Origin: Octopus bimaculoides
Taxonomy: Eukaryota
NCBI RefSeq assembly: GCF_001194135.2
Contig: NC_068993.1
Location: forward strand, 56,797,594 to 56,851,764
Reading direction: 5' to 3'
Length of the DNA stretch: 54,171 bases
Within the stretch, counting starts at the first letter, position 1; the number at the start of each line of letters is the position of its first letter. A program made the position numbers and the translations under genes. Of this stretch, positions 49,155-54,171 are shown piece by piece. Under the pieces are notes generated by a model. The model was not told the origin of the DNA. It did no database searches and saw only the letters and a program-made list of their open reading frames with translations.

Positions 49155-50419
49155 NNNNNNNNNNNNNNNNNNNNNNNNNNNNNNNNNNNNNNNNNNNNNN
49201 NNNNNNNNNNNNNNNNNNNNNNNNNNNNNNNNNNNNNNNNNNNNNNNNNNNNNNNNNNNNNNNNNNNNNNNNNNNNNNNNNNNNNNNNNNNNNNNNNNNN
49301 NNNNNNNNNNNNNNNNNNNNNNNNNNNNNNNNNNNNNNNNNNNNNNNNNNNNNNNNNNNNNNNNNNNNNNNNNNNNNNNNNNNNNNNNNNNNNNNNNNNN
49401 NNNNNNNNNNNNNNNNNNNNNNNNNNNNNNNNNNNNNNNNNNNNNNNNNNNNNNNNNNNNNNNNNNNNNNNNNNNNNNNNNNNNNNNNNNNNNNNNNNNN
49501 NNNNNNNNNNNNNNNNNNNNNNNNNNNNNNNNNNNNNNNNNNNNNNNNNNNNNNNNNNNNNNNNNNNNNNNNNNNNNNNNNNNNNNNNNNNNNNNNNNNN
49601 NNNNNNNNNNNNNNNNNNNNNNNNNNNNNNNNNNNNNNNNNNNNNNNNNNNNNNNNNNNNNNNNNNNNNNNNNNNNNNNNNNNNNNNNNNNNNNNNNNNN
49701 NNNNNNNNNNNNNNNNNNNNNNNNNNNNNNNNNNNNNNNNNNNNNNNNNNNNNNNNNNNNNNNNNNNNNNNNNNNNNNNNNNNNNNNNNNNNNNNNNNNN
49801 NNNNNNNNNNNNNNNNNNNNNNNNNNNNNNNNNNNNNNNNNNNNNNNNNNNNNNNNNNNGTATGTATAAATATATATGCATACATACGTTATTATTTAAT
49901 TATTTAAATTAGAAATGTCTCTATCTGTCAAGTAATGAATTACTATACTATGAATGATTGCTCGTTAAGAAAATTAGATAATATTTTGGTTTGCTTATCT
50001 ATAGAATATAGAAAGGTAAAGTCATAAAACAATATTCGTAATATAGTTTTAATCAGTTAACAAGCAGTGTTCTTGTCTTTATATTAATTAAATATATTCA
50101 TTTACATTAACATCCTAGGATCAAAAGAAAGTAATTATATCGGGGGGTATTCAGTGCAGGATGTAGACATTTCTAGGTTATTTTCAAGAATATATTAATT
50201 AATAATGAGTTTTATCTTAAGTAGATTTAAATATTACCGTTGATAAAAATAGACTAATTTTAAAATTATTAGAGGTACGAAATATGGTGAACACAGTCTA
50301 TGTTATTCATTATATTTGTGAATATAATCAACTGTGTAACAGTTAAATGAGGTAGTGAATGAAAGATAAATGAAATTTACACAGAAACACTTTCAAATTT
50401 AGCGATACGTGAATGACTA

Positions 50420-50886
50420 TGAAAAGCTCTGAAGTGTGGTCATTTAGCAGATGATCAACTGCACTTACTTCTGAAAAGGACCTAACGAGTACAGTCACAA
50501 ATACAAGTGGCTGAAAGAGGGCTCCTCCGATGAATCTCAGGAGCAATGTTACTTGACAGGGTGCGTAGTTCGGAAATTAGGAGGTCTTTCGGGTGAATCT
50601 GTTGCTTCTCCGCATTGAGAGGTTATAGTTCCAATACTAAAAATATGTGGTTATGATGCCGCAGGAAAGGATCGTAAGACAGGTTCTTCAAGCCGAGCGA
50701 ACCGCCTGAAATTCTAGGGGTTGACTACGAGGAAGTTACTTCGATAATAATCATAGGCGCACTTGACCACGGTTGGGAATTCGGCAGGAAAATTTTATGA
50801 GAGTTATTGTTTCTGAAAAGAATCTCTGGAGGAGGTGGCTGAGGACCCTTCCTCCACGACTCTTCCACGATCAACGAACATGAAAT
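50420..50886 (+). mobile_element. RTE-clade LINE (Rex3/Expander-like) decayed 3' end
   Basis: RVQSQIQVAERGLLR*ISGAMLLDRVRSSEIRR...LLLRIER..; MPQERIVRQVLQAERT...RG...PRLGI...WRRWLRTLPPR, matching the RTE C-terminal pattern RSRIQAAEM.FLRR...DRVRSS.IRE.L.VEPLLLRIERSQLRW.GH..RMP...LLPPRP. Confidence 0.85.
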
Positions 50887-52636
50887 GGAATATATATTAA
50901 AGACAAAGGAACAAAATACAGGGTATATGAGTAAACATATATAAGAAATTAAGGCCAAACAAGATATGTGAAAAGGTCAACTAATTAAGTAATACATAAT
51001 TAAGATACAAATAGCAATAAGTTAAAAACACTATGAAAATCAGTATATAAATAAGTTACTACAATTACTATATAAGGCAAACGCTACATATAGGTAAGAC
51101 ATGGTAAGACAAACAGAAGAAAATATATACAAATATATACATTCAATTACTTACATTTACATCAATGTATTTGTATATACTTAGATAATCATCTACGCAA
51201 ATTTAAACAATTCTTATTATATAAAGTTGTTTACTGATAATATAATTTACGTAAAGTTAAATTTGCAAGTAATAATGTAATGTAAAGTTAAATTCACAAG
51301 TTAGTAGTTACAGAGAGGAAACTGAAATTAAATATATAATCTTAAATTAATATTACTTTATCGCTGCACAAATAGAACTTATGTACAAGTAATGTACATT
51401 GACGCAAATACAGCACACGCATTCGTACATATTAATTTGTATTTGCGTGTGCGTATGTATGTGCATGTTGCTTAAATAGAAGCCAATGGAACAATCTATA
51501 ATGTAAAGTTATTGCGTAGAAGTATTTATTAAATTCGCAGAAGGATTCATCGAACCAAAAATAATGCCAGTTATTTGTATGGATATTAAGTAGCTTGGTA
51601 GTACGGGTATGTTTTTAACATTCTTATTATACGATATCATTCTCTATCCCGATTTTTCGTTGGCAAACAGAATTTTGAGTGTTTCAGCGATACACATTTC
51701 ACATGACTTGTCATTTCTTAGATATGTATATGTTAGTTTTCAATATATTCCATTTCAGTTCAAATGGTGTATTGCTGTTCGTAAGTTTCCACACTTATCC
51801 AGACAATGACGTCATGTTTCGTCTTTAAGGGGTTTCTGAAGGATTAGGCATAAGAGCGAATCGTGACATTAGCATGAAAACCAAACATACATACATGAGT
51901 ACATGCATACCTAAATACATGTATACATGCGTATGCACATACGCACATTATATGGAAGCATTAGAAGTTTTTACTGAATATTTAAATCTTCGGATAGGCA
52001 ACTGAAATCCGATGGACACATATTTGGACTGCACAATTACAATTTCGAGATGTATTTTTTCTACCAAGATATAATTTAGCCATGCTAGATGGATCGATAT
52101 TTTCAGTTACATTAGGAGGTTCAATAATATAGTTTAACAATATTTATATTTAAAACATCTGTTGTATCTATGCCAGACATTTCTAAGCTTAGTAATGAAT
52201 ATTTTTGCCAAAGGGTTGACCACTTCCATTTTATGAGAAGGATTGTACGTTTAAACGTGTTTTTGTTGAATTCTATTTTTCCTAGCTCCATAACAATTTT
52301 GCATATACTAAAAGTGTTCTGTGAGCACCTTTCTTGCTGAAGCCGTACGATATAATACGATGTAGATTATCCTTAAAAATATTATGATGGCTGCAGCTGT
52401 TATTTGTTTAATAATCGTAGGCATCAGTAAGAAAAATGGTGAATGGGTCATAGAGTAGCGTAGTTGTCCATGTTATTGTTGTTCTTGCAGTTTAATGAGA
52501 CCACTCATCTGAGATGGATGGTTACAACTCTGTAGACAGTTATATGTATTACTCGTACATAGATATTGCATTTAAAGGCATTTAAGAGTGGGTTGGCTGA
52601 GATTTACAAAGCAATTACAATGAACGTTAGAGCGAA

Positions 52637-52711
<75 letters not shown>

Positions 52712-52725
52712 TATATATATATATC

Positions 52726-52759
<34 letters not shown>

Positions 52760-53199
52760 NNNNNNNNNNNNNNNNNNNNNNNNNNNNNNNNNNNNNNNNN
52801 NNNNNNNNNNNNNNNNNNNNNNNNNNNNNNNNNNNNNNNNNNNNNNNNNNATATATATAAACACCTTTGTGGATTTCTGTGCTTTTTGCTGTCAATGCTT
52901 AATCCCAGAATAATCCTGAATGAGAAGAGTTTATTTTAGCAAAACTATCCAGCCATGATCATCCCACGGAAACTAAAATCACATTATCCAACGTGATCTT
53001 TTTGTAAAAAGCTAGGTTGCGATTTGAGGAAGTTTCAGCTGTTGTTTCTAGTCTATCAAATGATCACGTATTATACAGGGTCTTTTTTTTGCTTCTCATT
53101 TACGTGCAACAGAGCGCTTTTTTTTTTGAAGAGGTGATTTGACTTTTGGGGAAGATCGAATGGTGATTACGTTTATCATGACAATGATGATGATGATAA

Positions 53200-53474
53200 A
53201 CGATGACGATGAGAAACACGAATGCGATAAGGAATATCGTGATTAATACAATGGCGGTTGGTGCTGGTGGAGATGATGATGGCGATGGTGATGATGATGA
53301 TGATGATGATGATGATGGTGACGATGATGTTGGTGATGACGACGTCGACAACGACGTTATTGATATTGCAACATCTGATTTACCGAAAGGTGAATTGGCA
53401 GAAAGCCGTCCTTAGAATATACTTCTGGAGAGAGAGAGAGAGAGAGAGAGAGTGATAAAGAGAGAGAGATAGAG

Positions 53475-53509
<35 letters not shown>

Positions 53510-53640
53510 TCCTAAAATAATGATAATTTCTAAACCACAATTTACAATCTCCCCCTAACACACCACCACCGGCGCCACGACCACCACGACGACGACCACC
53601 ACCACTTCTACCACCACCACCACCACCACCACGAGATACA
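53200..53640. repeat. (GAT)n, (GA)n/(GATA)n and (CCA)n microsatellites
   Basis: Direct reading. Confidence 0.92.
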
Positions 53641-54118
53641 ATATTATCGCAACAAGCAACGCCACCACTCGTAGCACAAACGTTGCCAACACCTTCCATA
53701 CCAAGACAATACCAACCGGGAGAGAAGTACAAACATACACACATGCATGAACACAAAAGTATACACATGCGCACACACAGACACACAAACGCACACACAC
53801 ACACAACCCTCCCGACACACACATAGAGAAATACACACACGCTTACTTATACATTCATCTAAACACACACACACTCCATCACATAACTGTGTTCGACACA
53901 GAATAATGCATAGCAGAAAGGAATTTGTTGAACGACCCTTAATCGTCTTTTGCCATAATTCTCACAAGAATGCCACGTTTTTTTTACAACGTTGCTTTCA
54001 GTGTTGTTGTTGTTGTTGTTAGTGCTCTTACCGCTGCTGCAGCTATTATTCCATATACACGTATGCATATACATATACATATTTTTCTCTCTCTCTCTGT
54101 CTCTCCTACTCTCTCTCT

Positions 54119-54171
<53 letters not shown>

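Noticed and set aside
52491-52545. Strong acceptor gttcttgcag|
   Set aside because: All three frames hit stops within 15 codons and there is no consensus donor.

Overview
Repeat-dense animal genomic DNA, most likely an intronic/intergenic stretch of an Octopus (coleoid cephalopod) short-read assembly. This is inferred from the SINE families and extreme microsatellite load, not from a database search. About 9.3 kb (roughly 17%) is N-gap, in 18 gaps mostly bordered by microsatellites. No intact protein-coding gene can be supported: the long ORFs in the supplied track are artefacts of microsatellites and N runs. Supported content: (i) more than 30 copies or fragments of four tRNA-derived SINE families (here labelled A-D); (ii) decayed LINE fragments (CR1/L2-like RT, RTE-clade 3' end, R4/Dong-like C-terminus, a probable I/Jockey-like EN-linker piece); (iii) DNA-transposon fossils (a near full-length ~2 kb hAT/Buster-Charlie GTF2IRD2-like transposase pseudogene, a DD37D-type mariner 3' end, a Tc1 3' end, a complete 191-bp pogo/Tigger-type MITE with TA TSDs, a Charlie-type terminus on an NTCTAGAN target). 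The most interesting observations are SINE-B dimers/trimer that always join at the same nucleotide position, inverted SINE clusters that could form long dsRNA, SINE-A associating with and seeding microsatellites, two SINE families sharing one 3' module, an unexplained ~370-bp direct-repeat unit, two strong hairpins, and several weak candidate promoter/exon signals that need RNA-seq. I see no evidence for a novel multi-gene system.
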